A DNA stretch of 63,888 bases, filler included, from Sphacelaria rigidula (Eukaryota): the NCBI GenBank assembly GCA_964200075.2. It is 11 parts of 11 records of this genome, joined end to end, with 100 filler letters (N's around TTAATTAATTAA, not from the genome) between each part and the next. Parts side by side here need not be neighbours in the genome. Positions count along the whole stretch, not along the records: positions 46,539 to 52,255 come from CAXNAA020025015.1; positions 52,356 to 58,072 come from CAXNAA020025016.1; positions 58,173 to 63,888 come from CAXNAA020025017.1; 8 more parts are not named here. One strand, written 5' to 3'. A model generated the notes under the pieces. It worked only from the letters and a program-made list of their open reading frames with translations. It ran no database searches and had not been told where the DNA came from. This document shows positions 48,505-62,306 of the stretch, piece by piece. Position 1 is the first letter of the stretch; each line of letters begins with the position of its first letter. The position numbers and the translations under genes are program-made.

Positions 48505-50085
48505 GGCTTGAGAGGGCGGGTTGCTTCTTATTTATGACCGTGCCTGCCGGAGGCTCAAATCAAAAGCACATAGCCCCCTATCAAAGCAGGGGTTTGTGGG
48601 AATGAAAGGCTCCCGCTGGGGTTCCACGCGTGTTGCTTGTGTGTACGTCAACGTGTTTGTCCTGAAAGTTGGCTGTTGGGAGTAGGAGGAAATGTCGGGA
48701 AGTCTGCGGTCCAAAATCAGAATACCACTCAGCCACAATTTGTTTTCATGAACAAAACATGCGTGCCCGACCGAGGCCGAAACTGGCTATCAGATGCTTA
48801 AATTTGGAGAAAGAGCATGACACTACCCTCCTCCACTTAGTTACGTGTGCGTGTACTGTACAGATTGCGCATAGAACACAAGTACCCTACAGTCAGTACA
48901 GCGTGCGGGTTTGCTAGTTTGCATGCTCCCCCGTGCTGCTTTTTGTGTAGGAAAGTAATGTACTTCACTAGGAAATTCCAAGACTCAGGAATGGCGATTT
49001 GCAGGATTGAACATTTATACTGCGCCTGCTTATTTTACCATCTGCCGGTCGCCCCTGTGGCTCGCTTGGTAACCTCGAAACCTTCTATCGGCTAGGTCGT
49101 GGGTTCGAATCTCGGTGCAGCCACACTATCTGGGATTTTTCCCACATAATGCAGAACAGTGGAGGGCGACTTTGTCGTGGGTACACCATTTTCGACTTCG
49201 CCATCGACGAGGGCAAGGGACTGCTGGACCCCTCTCCCCACAGAAAATGAGGACAGTACCGCTGAATGAAGGTGGAATACTGAAACAAGATGAAAAAACA
49301 ACTCCCGTGTTGACGTCCATTCTGTGTGACCGCGGCTGATGCGCCCACATACACCGAAAGGTGTAGACTTGAGCCCACAATAGATGGGATGACAACACGC
49401 AACACACACACCGCAGCGGCATATTTGTCTGAGCTTGACGTGCGCTTATAGACTTGACTTTGCCCTACCTCCGTATTCATGGTTGCAGTTGGTCTTCTTC
49501 GTATCCATTTTCCCTTCTTTTTCAAGTCTTGAAATAATGAGGCGTCTGACCCGGGGATGGGAATGAAGGGTGTTATTAGGATCAAGTACATTCCAATCGT
49601 TTCCACAATCGGTGACTTTCACTGTGTGCTATTACAGCCTGCTCTGTAGAAATGGGGGTCAAGTGTGCAGCGTAGGGCCCGAGAACCCGCGATATCCGTC
49701 ATGTACGAAAAGATAGAGGCATTCAAATTAGAAACAACAAATAATTAGGGGCCCACGCAACACAGATCCGACAGTGCCGTCGATTCTTGCGGGATGACAA
49801 AAGTGTATGGCCGCTAGTTGACCGCCCGGGCGCTTGACATATTTTATTCCCCCCGGATGTCTTCACCAATAGGAGCGCAGTCTAGCAGGGCTTGAGAGGG
49901 CGGGTTGGGGGAGAGTTGAGAGCCGTATCCGCCGAAGGCTCAACAGCAAACAGTCACTGATGGGAATGACAGACTCACCGCTGCGGTTCCATGCGTGTTG
50001 CTTGTACCGCTCAAGAGATTGTTGAGGGTGGGGGGGAAATTCCGAGAGACTCCGGCCCAAAATCAAAATATACCACTCGACCACA
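48505..50085 (+). repeat. Two diverged copies of a ~220-bp interspersed repeat (~48505-48740 and ~49888-50085)
   Basis: Shared blocks ggcttgagagggcgggttg, gttcca.gcgtgttgcttgt and ccaaaatca.aat..accactc. Confidence 0.6.
49044..49411 (+). mobile_element. tRNA-headed SINE family A, full length (~370 bp)
   Basis: A-box-like TGGCTCGCTTGG, B-box GGTTCGAATC, 3' tail ggctgatgcgcccacat...gacaacacgc(ac)n also seen at 58173-58290. Confidence 0.8.
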
Positions 50086-52355
50086 TCCGCAAGCGTCGCC
50101 TGCAGCAGGTACACCCCCGCCCCCCAAAATACGCCACGCCCTTCAGTTGGTCGGCAACGAACGATTGTGTGTTGGTCGTATGCATGTACAATAGAGTACT
50201 GATTGTGAGATCACGGCTATGTATGCACCGTTCAATATCGTGAGACGGCAATGCCGTTGGCTCCAGTCTTTGAACGCACGAATACAGTAACTGTACGGGT
50301 ACATGCGGTACGTGCGTGGCCCCTTTTTATCTAGCTGTTGCCTCCACACCAAAACAGTTATTCCGTACTTCCGGTTATATATGTTCAAAAGAACAGTTGG
50401 CCATTGGGGGCTAAACGGGATATTGTGAGAAGCCATAAACCCCTTGGACACCAGGTGTCATATCTCCAAGGGTCCTACCAACTGCGTGTCGTGACCCTAC
50501 CCCTCGATTGTGTGAGAACCTCATTCTAGGGCAGGCATGAGGGGATGAGGCGGGGAGTGAACCCCATTTTCACTGGAGAGCACCCCCCTCATGCCATGGA
50601 TAATGACGATAATAAGTACTGCATAGCGATTAAAGTACAGTTATGGGGGTGAATGAAGGCCTTACCGACCAAAAATCCGTGGTCAACTAAAAAAAATACG
50701 AACGCGGAGGGATATTGAAGACGTATTAAAGACGTAATTGACTGGTCGGACCTGTGCCGAACAGAACACACGCCCCACCCCAAGTTACCTACGTTTAGTA
50801 TGCGACAGCTGTAATTTTTTCATCGCATGATTCTCGAGACAGGAAGCAAACCGGCCCGTGGCACTTGACAGCCCTGCGCGCACACACTAGATCTATTCAG
50901 CGCCAAACCAGGTTTGCTCAATTCGCCACAGCGGATCCGAAACGCCCCCGAACGTCAAAGAAAACGCGTTTTTCGTACATTTTGGGCGGTTTGCAGAGTG
51001 CTGCGGGCTGCGCGGCACGCGTTACGGCAAGCCATGTTGGCTCTGAAAAGTTTTAGTGTGTGGGAAGCGCACGCATCAAACCGCACTCGAATCCTCTGCT
51101 TCGTTGCCGAAATATCCGCTTTGAAAAGTCGGCACTTGCGGCTTCAGGAACAGCAGCGTGTATCGAGGTGAAAAGTGCGGAATTCTCGAAAGCTTGGTGT
51201 TTCGAAACTCAAGAAAAAAACGGACTCCCGCGCAGCATGGACGAAGTACAAGGAGAAAACCGGTCAAGACTTATCCTGTGCCTTGACAGCAGCGCGCAAG
51301 GTCAAGGCGGCGCGTCAACGCGCAGAGAAGGCTGAAAAAGAACGCAAGACTGCCACCGAAACGTTTGAGGCGTCTGTTTCATGTCAGAGTGTTTGGTTCA
51401 GCGCATAAGCTAAGCCGGTGCGTCCAATTGTTATTGCGGTCCTTTGGTCCTTTCACAGTCGGGAGACAGCAATGATGTTTTCCGTAACTAACTGTGAATA
51501 CTAATAACAGTATGTGAACCTTGCAACATGGGAAAACCTTCGTTTTGAAGGGTATGTGTTTGTATCTACTGTCCTGCCATGTGGTGCTGATATCTTGTAT
51601 GCGCTTGTGTGCGAGGGGCAATTCATTCTCCCAACATAAAGTACCACGAGCCATATAGTTTGCTCTGATCAAAATCGGCTGTGTCGTCTCTATGCTGTCG
51701 AGCGCACAAGCCAGGGCCTCAAGCGCGATATTTTCTATGTTCGATGCACTGCCTTTGATAGACCGAAGGCAGCCATGACGTTTGCTGTCACTACTGTATT
51801 TGTGCATGAATAACAAGATAACGGAAGGAAAATATGAGACTGGACAGGCGATATATTTGTGCATTGCGTCTGTACACCAACGACAATCGAAGAAAATGTG
51901 CTGTCACTACTGCCTGTGTACATCGATAAGAAGCTACTCCGTGTTGCTGTGCAAAGCAACTTCGCGTTACAACAGGAAGTACCCGTCACCTCTCGAATTG
52001 CAGTGGGCGAGGTCACACATGGACGTCGCCTGAGCGTACATCGGACGGATCGAGCGCAGGAAGCCACGTGTGAAGAGCGGTTTTGACCATTGTCTGTGTA
52101 CCGCACTTCACGGACTTGAAGCAGCAGCCATGATGTCTGTTGCCACTGCTGCCCGTGTACACTAACAACAATATGTAAACATCGCGGTGGCAAGGTGCAG
52201 TTTCGATCGAATGCTCGGTTCAGGACTAGATACTACAAAGCAAGAATGAGCAAGGNNNNNNNNNNNNNNNNNNNNNNNNNNNNNNNNNNNNNNNNNNNNT
52301 TAATTAATTAANNNNNNNNNNNNNNNNNNNNNNNNNNNNNNNNNNNNNNNNNNNN

Positions 52356-55300
52356 CAAAACGAGAAATCTTCACTTGACTCAATTCCACCGCTCGTTTCT
52401 TCGATCGAAAACAAAAGTGCCAAGACACGCCCTTAGGCCGTTTCTTCCGGTTCGTATTTTGTTTGGCTCGTATTTTCTAGTGAAAATACCTGCAGACTGT
52501 GCAATATATGTTTTTCTCGTATTTTTGTCCAGAGGTCGCTCTCGAAATCTCTGACCCAAGCGAATCGGAAAAGTGGGCTAGGCTCCTCGGCGGGGTGATA
52601 CAAAGGGTTCAAGACGTGTGGTGGCGATATTCCCTGTTTGAGGGTCAAAACCCTGGTCAAATGTCCTAAAAGTGGAAAATACGAGCCAAACAAATACGAA
52701 TCGGAAGAAACGACCTTAGCACATAACGTTTCGATCGAAGAAGTGCGGTGGAAACAAAAATGCCGATCTGATAGGTCGTAATTTCAACATTTCGACCGGC
52801 TCTGATGAGAGCCGTCCAAAATTCCGGTTTAAAACTGCCTTTTTTGGTCCTTCTTCGTCGGTTTACGCCTGAAACGAGGGCTAGGCGGATGTTGACGCCT
52901 TGGAATGACTGGCTCTACTCATTGAGGCCGTTCCAAAGCAACTTTGAATTTCCCGCTGGCCGCACTTTCATTTCTGGCCAAACAAGGATTTTCAATGAAG
53001 AACGGTCAAGTGATAAAAAAACAGGGGAAATTTTGATCACCTGACCGTTTTTTACTTAAAATACGTGTTTGGCCTCATTTGGCCAGAAACAAGAGCGCGG
53101 CCACCGGGAAGTGCAAAGTTGCCCTAGAACGTTCTCAACGATCAGAGACAGTCATTCCAAGGGGCCAACATCGGCCTAGCCCTCCTTTCGAGCGTATATC
53201 GGCGAAGAAGGGCCCAAAAGGCAGTTTTCGACAGGAATTTGAACGGTTCCCATTAGACTTGGCCTTACGCCAACTCTTATGGGAGCGTTTAGAATTTTAT
53301 TTTGCAATAATTTTGAACGAATTTTTGCTTTTTTTCTTTGCCATAGTCGTGTATTTTGTGCCCGTTCACCATGAATGACAAGGAAAAAAAAAAAACTCCT
53401 CTGAAGTTGTTGCAAATTAAAGTTTCAAACGCTCCCATTAGAGTTGGCCTTATTAGAACATCATTTTTTCGATCAAAATTGTGCGGTGGAAAGCAAAAAT
53501 CCCGATCTGGTAGGTCGTAATTACAACCATCGTCGTTAATTTTTGAACATGGTTGAAATCATGACCTATCAGATCAGGATTCTCGTTTTCCACCGCACTC
53601 TTTTCTTCGATCGAAAAGATGGGGCGGTGGAATCGGTTTGAGCGAAATTTTCTCGCTTTGATGCAGTTGAGTCCAGATGGATTTTCAAGCTTGCGATCGA
53701 AAAAAGACAGTGAAATTCGTGAAACGGTACATGGTCACTCGTGTACAGTACAGACAGTTCGTATTGTCTGCACTCCTTGGAAGCAGGGTGTCTTGAGTGC
53801 GTGTGTTCGTGTTTGATACAGGAGGACATAAAAGAGAAGCGGGCAACGTGAAGGGCAGACAGCCCACGACTATCGCAGTTCTCTGTGCTTACAATGCGAC
53901 GTGAAAAGGGCTTCAGCTACGCGTGCAGCTTTGTACTGCCTGCCCTGTCCATGAGCGTGTACGCAACTCGGTTGCCCACCGTACCACGCAGTTCCGTCGC
54001 TCATGCCGACCATAACAGAAGATGCGCAAGTTTTCGGCAAGAAAATAGACAAAGCGCACCCAGCTACCGCAGTGTATCTATCCCTGCGCTCAACTCGTGC
54101 TCTATGCTGCGGGGTTGCGGTGGTAGCTGAGAATGAGTTCGATGAAGTTAGCATGGTCCTGTGAACAGGTGTTATCTGGCGTGGTGGTCTGTCAGATAGG
54201 AATCAAGTACCGCTTCGTGCTCTCGACCGCATGTTTTCGATCGAAAAGTATTTTTTTGGCACTGGGCCCACAGATGGGGGGCAAGATTTATGAGTTGCAA
54301 AGTTTCTTGACCGATCAGAGTCTTTTACGTACACACCACCAAAATGCGGCGACCTTTCTTCAATCAGATGAGAGATATGAGTAGCAGATAGGTAAAAGAG
54401 TAGGTTTGATTGGTCTAGACACTGCACCGCTGCGACACAGACAGCTGCTACCGGCAATATACGAGGATACAGCAGCTCCGTGCTGGCTCAATTTGTTTGT
54501 CCCAATCTTCACGCACCCGCCTGGCGTGTCTTCCCCGATCACAGCACCCAACCATAACTGGAGTACCAGAGAAGACTCAACAGAAGGCTGTACAACCGTC
54601 ACGTGACGATGTTTCAACCTTCATGTGTTTTGACAGCACCTTGCCCCACCCCAATTCTGTGCAGCCCGAAACACGGCATGCAGCAGTACAACTGCTCAGG
54701 CACTCTCCAGTGCACATCGCACCGTGATCGTCGTAGAGTGTTTTGATGCCCAACAGCACAGCGAGAACTACAGCATAGAAATGATGGGTTTGGGGAGCGT
54801 CTTATTCCCTTGACTCGAGACGAAACAGCCAACACACCATGGACGTTTCAACGGTGTGTAGAGAGCACGGCGTGCCGACATTATTTTTCGTAGAAACGAA
54901 CGGAATGACAATATAAAGCAACTCAGGCACTCCCAGCGGAGATCAAACCGTATCTACGAAGGCCTGAAGACGCCACAGCGCAGCGACGCCTACAGCACAC
55001 AAGACAGAGCATGAGTGTGTTTGTGCTGCAGCACAGTGGTACAGGACATGTCCCATTTGATAGTTCTTCCCCTGATTTCGGGTGGGTCCTCGATTTTTGC
55101 CCAGTGGCGATTTTTCAGCACTCGGCCATAATCGCGCTTCGCGCGAAGATGTTTTAATTCACTTCAAGTTTACCCCCATCTGTGGGAGGTGGGCCTGTTT
55201 TTTACCTCGTTGCCTCCTTCTCCGCGCGCCGCTCATCATAATTTGAGATGAAGCCTTCTGGGAACATGAATGCGGCGGACCTATCAGATCGGCAAAAAAA

Positions 55301-55540
55301 TCCGACCGCACTTTTTCGATCGAAAAAAAAAGGTGCTACGACACGCCCGAAGACACGGTCTCAGACACGCCCTCACCCTGAGCCAGGCTGTAAATGACGA
55401 CCTATCCTGACCGGTCAGATACTGGCGGGATTTTTTTTTTTTTCCGCCGCTTTTTTCGATGGAAAATAAATTTGCCAACACATAAATAACTACCTATCAG
55501 AACAGTTCCTCTCTTTCCGCCGCACCGTTTCAATCGAGAA
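52356..55540. repeat. Dispersed palindrome-based repeat (accgcac..TTTTCGATCGAAAA; ctatcagatcgg), probably DNA-transposon subterminal repeats
   Basis: TTCGATCGAA-type motifs at ~52400, 52730, 53470, 53608, 53695, 54236 and 55316, in both orientations. Confidence 0.55.
52436..52715. mobile_element. Tourist-like (PIF/Harbinger) MITE, 280 bp, TTA TSD
   Basis: TTA|GGCCGTTTCTTCCGGTTCGTATTTTGTTTGGCTCGTATTTTC ... GAAAATACGAGCCAAACAAATACGAATCGGAAGAAACGACC|TTA, a ~42-bp TIR. Confidence 0.9.
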
Positions 55541-56976
55541 TAATTTGCGAAGACACGGCCTCATGACACTAATCCATATCATTATGGTATAATAGTGCCA
55601 CGGTACAGTAGTACTAGTCGTAGCGCCCGACCAGAGGTCTCGGTCACCAGCCTTCTATTTCGTAGTCGTTGTGCCGCGGAAGAGGCTCGGGGAAATCGGG
55701 CATTAGGGCCACGGCACAGGTAGACGTCGGTTGGTTGGCGAGTGGCATGTGATGGTTGCGTGAGGTGGAAGACGGATGAGTGAGTAATCGGAGTAAGCGA
55801 GTCAGTGGGTCGATGGGTTCTGTTTGCACACATGGCTCAGGACCTGATTTGGGGCAAGGGGCGACGTCAAGTTTGGGTGGTCGGAGGTACTCGTAGACGA
55901 CATGAAGGTCCTCCCTCGTCGCTTATCCGGAAGTAGATAAAGTCTAGTTTCTACTGTACTGTTGTACCGTACAAGTTGTAGGATGTTAAGTTGTGAGAGG
56001 TACCGTACATGCGATAAATGTTGCGCTGCTGCAGTTTGAGGTACGTTGGTCGAAAAGCGGTTGAACGCCATATAAGTTCTACCATGGCATACTACTACAC
56101 AGCCCCGAATAGGTAGCGTACCGTCTACAGTACACATGCAGAGGATATCTGAGGGATGCTTCATGGGATGTTACCCCGGCCTGTGTGCCGGTGTTGTATG
56201 ATCAAGAACAAACGATGGAATCAAACGAAATGACCCGTGGTAATTACAGTTTGGTAAGTAGTACGCAGTCGCTTACAGAGAAGTGAAGTACAACAGCGGA
56301 GTGCAGTAGAGGACAACCCAACGACAGCTTGAAATATATACGCTACATGACACAGACACCTCAACTGCCATGATACCCTGTACTCGAAAGTCACCTCGAC
56401 ACTCTGCACGAGGGATATTGAAGGTAGCTCAGATCAAAACGGGCACATGTATGTTCAATATCCTCAACTCTGATACGTTACACGACAATAATGCAGTACG
56501 GTACTGTACAGAAAACAGCAAACATGGGAGGGTTCCCAGCTGTCTGTCTTTCTCTTTCCCCTGAAAACGCACACAACAGAGCACACCTCCTGAGAAGCTT
56601 AGAGAGTGTGGGCGACAGTACCCCGGAAGGCAGCGCCAGTGTCTTGAAGCCTCCCGTGGTGTACATAATGATGACCAACAGCAACTTTCTCGCAGACTAC
56701 GCTGTGCAATAACTCCGCTGGAGAAATAGAGCTGGACATCTGGATTGGAACATGGCACAGGAATTTTCTCATCAACGCAGTAAACTCGCAACCTGAATGG
56801 CAAACTGCATGACAGGCAGTACTGCCTGCGCTCCGGTAATGAACCACTACCCGTAATAGGGGGATCGTTTTGAGCGTTGGAAGAAATCTACTACCCGGCA
56901 CTACGGGTTTTCTACGCTGTACCTATCAAAGTGTGGGGTGTGTCTTGCGTTACGATTTTGCCTCGCCTGGGGACAG

Positions 56977-57071
56977 GAGACGCAACAAAGACTGGGCCGA
57001 CAGCTCCGATTTGGCCAAGTGGGGTGACGGTGGCGCGTATCCGGACATTAGTAGCGGCAGATTCAACACCG
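56977..57071 (+). CDS. Possible coding exon, unknown product
   Basis: acag|G and G|GTATGG. Open frame RRNKDWADSSDLAKWGDGGAYPDISSGRFNT; no family recognised. Confidence 0.3.
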
Positions 57072-57261
57072 GTATGGCGAGCAACAGTTCTGGCGCACAG
57101 GATGCCGCGCAGCAGGCCGACCGCTCTTATCCAGATCTCATGATGCAGTACCTGACCTCTCTTGGCGTTAAGTCAGAAACGACAAGGTACAAACCGATCG
57201 CACACAGTTCAGTACAGCACAGCGTAGACAGTACCGTGAGGCGCACTGTTGTACTGTACAG

Positions 57262-57293
<32 letters not shown>

Positions 57294-57300
57294 GCTGTTG
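57262..57300 (+). repeat. (TGT)n microsatellite
   Basis: About 11-12 tandem TTG/TGT units. Confidence 0.9.
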
Positions 57301-58172
57301 GTGGTGTTAGTGTTGTGCTGCCACCCCCAACCTGCACGGTGCCGTATCGTACCGGGCGCCCCCATATACAGTTCCTCTCTGTAGACCCACCACCTCCGAT
57401 AAGTTTTCATAACGGGCGCAATTTGTTGTCTCAGCAGCGATGTGGCTGTAGTATATTATACTTATGATGAAGGGCGTCCCCTTGGCAGGCTTTCCAGGTA
57501 TCGTCTTCCGGATATCAAGGTGTTCCGATTGGCCTGCCCGTTACAAGTTCCTCCGTAGTAACTCCTTCGTTTTTCAAATGATGTCTGTTGCGTCCTCGGA
57601 TATGCGGACTGTCGGCAGCATAATGCAGTAGAGGCGGTACCCCCATTGATTTGGCGTACCGTGGGTTGATATCGTTAACGCCGAAAGTTAGTATGTTGCC
57701 GGTGCTTCGTGTAACACCCCCTGGTGATGAAGTTCGACTACTTTTTGGACGCGTGTGGTGTGGGTATATACATACGGGGACACGTTGTATACCACCCCCT
57801 GAATAACGCCTCTCTTGGGCAATTTTCGGGACCCGGAGACTCATCTGTTGGTTCATGATCCGGAAACCTGCAGTAGGTTAATGTACTATACTATGCTCTC
57901 TGCATATCATGGCACTCAGGACTCGCGTTGGATCGGGGCGCGTCCCCCGGTCGGTACAGTACCGTTGAGTACTGAGAGTTTATGCAACCGTCGTGTGATG
58001 GGTTTCGGGGGCCTGAAGACGTATTGCGCTGGATGGTGTTGAGGGGGGGGTGTACTCATGATCATGCTTGCCNNNNNNNNNNNNNNNNNNNNNNNNNNNN
58101 NNNNNNNNNNNNNNNNTTAATTAATTAANNNNNNNNNNNNNNNNNNNNNNNNNNNNNNNNNNNNNNNNNNNN

Positions 58173-58290
58173 ATAAAAAAGAAAAAGCTCCTGTGTTGAC
58201 TTTCCTCCTATGTGACCCCGGCTGATGCGCCCACATGTCCCGAAAAAGGGTAGACTGGCGCCCAGAATAAGTGGGACGACGACACACACA
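58173..58290 (+). mobile_element. SINE family A 3' tail
   Basis: Colinear with 49295-49411, ending gacgac(ac)n. Confidence 0.75.
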
Positions 58291-60012
58291 CCGCACCCCG
58301 GCGGTCCGAGTGGTGCTCCGAAACACAGCACCCAGGCGGAGGAAAAGGTTGCGGATTCGAATCCCGACAGGTTCGCATCTTGTCAGCAGAATCTGGTTCT
58401 TGGCGTTACGAGAAGAGTGGACGCGCTGTGAGAGTGCTGATCCTATAATGATGAACAAAATCACGGGCAGAAACTGAGGGAGGTGACGGTTGACCCCTGA
58501 AGACTCCAGACTCGTCCCAAGCACGGGTATAAGTTGCAAGTATGATGGACGCCCCTCAACAGGATGAAAGTGTGGGTACTAGATTAGTGAAACGAACCAC
58601 GGTCCAACTTTCTCCCCCCCCCCCTCCACTCCTCGAGGCAAGATAGGCTTGGACAGGGAAAATGCGGCAGGTAGGTGTACTTTACTTCTGTAGAGTCAGC
58701 TAATGATCAACGGTTAATAGCACCCCCCCCCCCCCTTCCCTTCCCACCTTGCAGTTGTTCAGACCGCCATCACGAGATATACCCTGCGCCCCATAGAGTG
58801 CCCGATAGCCCGGGTCGTGGTTACTGTTGAGCATCAAATTGAGTGATTGAATTTGTGTGCCTTGGTACCGTGTCATTCGGCGACGAACGGCGGCGGCTTC
58901 GTCCGCGCTCCCGGACGAGAGGATCAATTTAAACCAACTGCTTCTGAAGAGGATCGTTTCAGACTACTGTGCTTCCAGGAAGACGGCTACTTGTCGCCGA
59001 ACACGAAACGGCCCGAACAGCGCGTGTTGGGCCATGGGTGCTCATCGGAATGGTTCACTCTCTGGGTGGTTGCGGGCGGATTTTTATATCGAACGTAATT
59101 TATGGTTCGCCGTTGGGGAGGCTGTATGTCGTGAGGGCTCGCTCGTGAGCCCTCCCCACACGCGGCTTAGTTTGCGTGCAAACCGACTCTCGAGACTCTG
59201 TGATCAACGCGCGCTCTGCCTACCGTAAAGGTACCCTCTGTATGCCCATTTGGTTCAAGCTGCGGGGTTTCTCCCATTGACGGGCGGGTTGCAGTTGCAC
59301 TTGAGTTGAGGTACATGAAGAGTTGCAATTTGGAGTACTATAGTACTGTACTGTTGTAGGTCAACCGTGGACTATTTCGACGAGATGGGCTGGCCTGAAA
59401 CATCATGGACTCCAATCTTTACAGCTCCCAGCCCGACCACGTTTTTGTAACCTCTCCAAGCCGCAATCCTTGGCAGCGCTACGTACGGCGATGCTAACGC
59501 TCCCATGGGGGAAGGTACTATAATAGGCTGCTGCATTAATCGGCACATTCATGCTCTTCGTAAGAAATGCCCCCCCTCCCCCCGTGCATCTCGTCAACTC
59601 TTCGGGGCGCCAGTCCATTTTCGGAACAATCTTCACTGGTTGGTGTTGTATTACAGCAACCCCTCATGTGATGTAGCTGATCCAGCTTCATCCTGTTTTG
59701 CGAGCACCACCTATCCCCAATCACAGCATACCCGTAAATTCCTGGTTCCCAAATTTTAACTCAAGGAACATTAGTAGCTTTTGTCACCCGCAGGTTGGCG
59801 ACTTTTTTTTTCGGTTCAGGTGTTTTCTGTGCACCTGAAGCAACTATACCCGAACAGGCCCGGAAAAATCATGGGGGAAAATGGAAGAGAAAGAAGAGCC
59901 AGTTTGGTCGACAGGCTTGTGCGATATAGGCGAGGATTGGGTTGCATGGTAAGATATCACAGTTTTCCCGAGCATTCTTCATACACGTTGTGTGCATCTG
60001 CATCCTAGTTGA

Positions 60013-60104
60013 GAGGTATCTCAAACTCGAGGTTCCCGATAAATATAGTTGACAGTAATTTTACTGCTGCTGAACATACCGGGAACCTCGAGTTTGAGAC
60101 ACTG
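60013..60104. mobile_element. ~90-bp hairpin MITE, copy 1
   Basis: gtatctcaaactcgaggttcccg ... cgggaacctcgagtttgagacac inverted repeats. Confidence 0.7.
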
Positions 60105-60634
60105 ACGGTGGTAAAGTTTGATGAAAAAAATCTTGGGGGGGCGGGGGCGGAGGAGAGGTGATCGTATGATATCATCGAAGAATCACGAGGGACTTCCCCA
60201 CAATCCTTACTCTGCTGTTGCTGTTGCTGCTGCTGCTGTGCGTACCCATATTTGTGCATTCCCGTCTCTGGGGGGTCCTTTTCCTCCGCAATGAAGAATA
60301 AGCCGCTGAGCGTGAAGCTCCACACGGGAGTGGGCAGCATTGCCGAGGGCACGGTAGGCCTAGAGTTGAACGCCGACGGGGTCGCCGAGCTGATCGTCAA
60401 GGCGAGAGGGTGAGCACCGCTGCCTGCATTTCTTCACATACCATGGACACGTGTCGAAATAAGTGCTGACGAGTTGACGATACATACATTCAGGCAAAGG
60501 TACGTTCAGTGCTCAGAGGGGCACCGAAATGAGCCAGGATTGAAGCAACAGCCGTGATGACTGACTATGATCGAGGCCTGTGTTTTGATGGACGCCTGTC
60601 ACGATGTTTTCGGTCCGAAGAGGATCCCTTACTA

Positions 60635-60719
60635 GAGGAATCTCGAACTCGAGCTTCCCGGTATATTTGACTGTAAATTACTGTCAAAAATGTCAGGAAC
60701 CTCAAGTTTGAGATACCTG
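60635..60719. mobile_element. ~85-bp hairpin MITE, copy 2, TA-flanked (Stowaway/mariner-like)
   Basis: TA|gaggaatctcgaactcgagcttcccg ... caggaacctcaagtttgagatacctg|TA. Confidence 0.72.
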
Positions 60720-61297
60720 TACTATTCGGTATTGCTGCTGTATTTTTTTGTTGGCAACGGGAAGAGCCGCGGAGTTTTCAGCGAATTGCGGATGGTTTGG
60801 TTGTGCATAGCCAACATGCCTCCGAACCGGGCATCCACTGCTTTCCTCAACTGTCTGCACTGCGGCGCAAATCACGTTTTTTTCTTGTATGATTCATGAC
60901 ACTTTAAACCCCCTCCCTTTCTGGGGATGAGTCCGTGGTCTCAACGTATCATCCCATTTCTCTCCCCCGGTACACGCCTCGCATATCGGTCTTTCATGGG
61001 GGTCATGACCACCAACAGTCACCGCACCGCGAACTCTCGTCCAACAAGCTCAGACAACTGCTTTTTTGTTTACTCACGTGCTAAAAACGCTTTCGACGGC
61101 GGAGATAAGATACATGAAAGGAAAAAACTGGAAGCCACGTTCTCTCTTAGCCTTATAGCGACAAGTCGGACCATTGGACCACCCACCGTGTGTATGTATA
61201 CTGTAGGCGTTCATATGCGCTGTAAGGTCACTATGTGCCGAAAAGTCTTCTTGTTTTTGTTTTTTCAGGTTTCCTGGTGCAGAGTACTTGTCACTTA

Positions 61298-61837
61298 CAG
61301 TACTGGGCGCCTGAACTATTCTTTTTATTGAGAAGGGTCTTTTTCTCGCGACTGCACTTCGGTAGAACTCGAAAGTGCTAGCGTCGGAAGATTTTGGCAA
61401 GATAAACAGATCGTTTCTCCCCCTCCCCCCCTAGTGCCCGTGTTACTGTTGGTAGGTTGTGTCGCACGATACGAGTAGATACCCCCTTCATCAGGAGGGT
61501 GTTATTGACCGTGAAACACAATATTTCGGCTGTAGTGCTATAAGTGGGTATATTTTTCAAACAGCAAACTTCTATATTTCTTCACAAATGCAATCGGGAC
61601 AGGCTCGATCGACCGAAAATACCGAAGAGTCAGAATCTGGGCTTGGACGTGTCAGGACCCCCGATGACCGATCAGCCCGTAAGTCACTCAATATTGAATA
61701 CAGGCGATTTTTTTCTCTTGGAAAGTGGAGCGGATATAACAGATCCCCAATGTGTTGAACGATTGCAAGCGCAAGAGCCCAACAAAATCGCTAAGTTGCA
61801 GGGAATTCTCAATGAATAGTTCAGGCGCCCACCACTG
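61298..61837. mobile_element. Tc1/mariner-type non-autonomous element (540 bp), TA TSD
   Basis: TA|CAGTACTGGGCGCCTGAACTATTC ... GAATAGTTCAGGCGCCCACCACTG|TA. TIRs start CAGT. Confidence 0.85.
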
Positions 61838-62306
61838 TAGTACCGGGAACGACAACATATAATATTGTCTAGAATGTGAAATATTTTCATGGTGTGGTGG
61901 GTGACTCGAGTCGTGTATCTATGCAATCCTACGAGTATCAGGAATTTGGGCCGTCCTCCTGTTTGCACGTATCATCGGTTGAGCCCCATACCTACCTACC
62001 TTTCCACCTGAGGCCGTTGGAGGGGCGTAGCCCGCCTGGATTTGTGATGCACCTAGGCGCGCGGCCACGCCACCTCGCAAGTTATGTCATTGACGATATA
62101 TATTCACCCAAATCTTTCAGACCTTCCACAAAAGAGCAAGGCGAACGATCAGAGGGTTGCGGGATCCATCCACGGCTTATGAATCGGCACTGAACGAATG
62201 TTGAGGCCAGTTTTCGTGCGACTGATGATTCTTGATCTGCATTTGTACAAATCTGGGAACATCAGCCCCCACTGAAACCCGTGGACTGAGCTTTCGGGCC
62301 TCATAT

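Noticed and set aside
49044..49120. tRNA gene
   Set aside because: A and B boxes are present but I could not form a complete cloverleaf; it is multi-copy and continues into a SINE body.
50820..52255. Transposase or gene fragments
   Set aside because: Short ORFs with no recognisable motif or termini.
5719..58172. Regularly spaced TTAATTAATTAA palindromes at ~5.8-kb period
   Set aside because: Artificial concatenation linkers. Adjacency between segments has no biological meaning, so no cross-contig gene cluster can be inferred.
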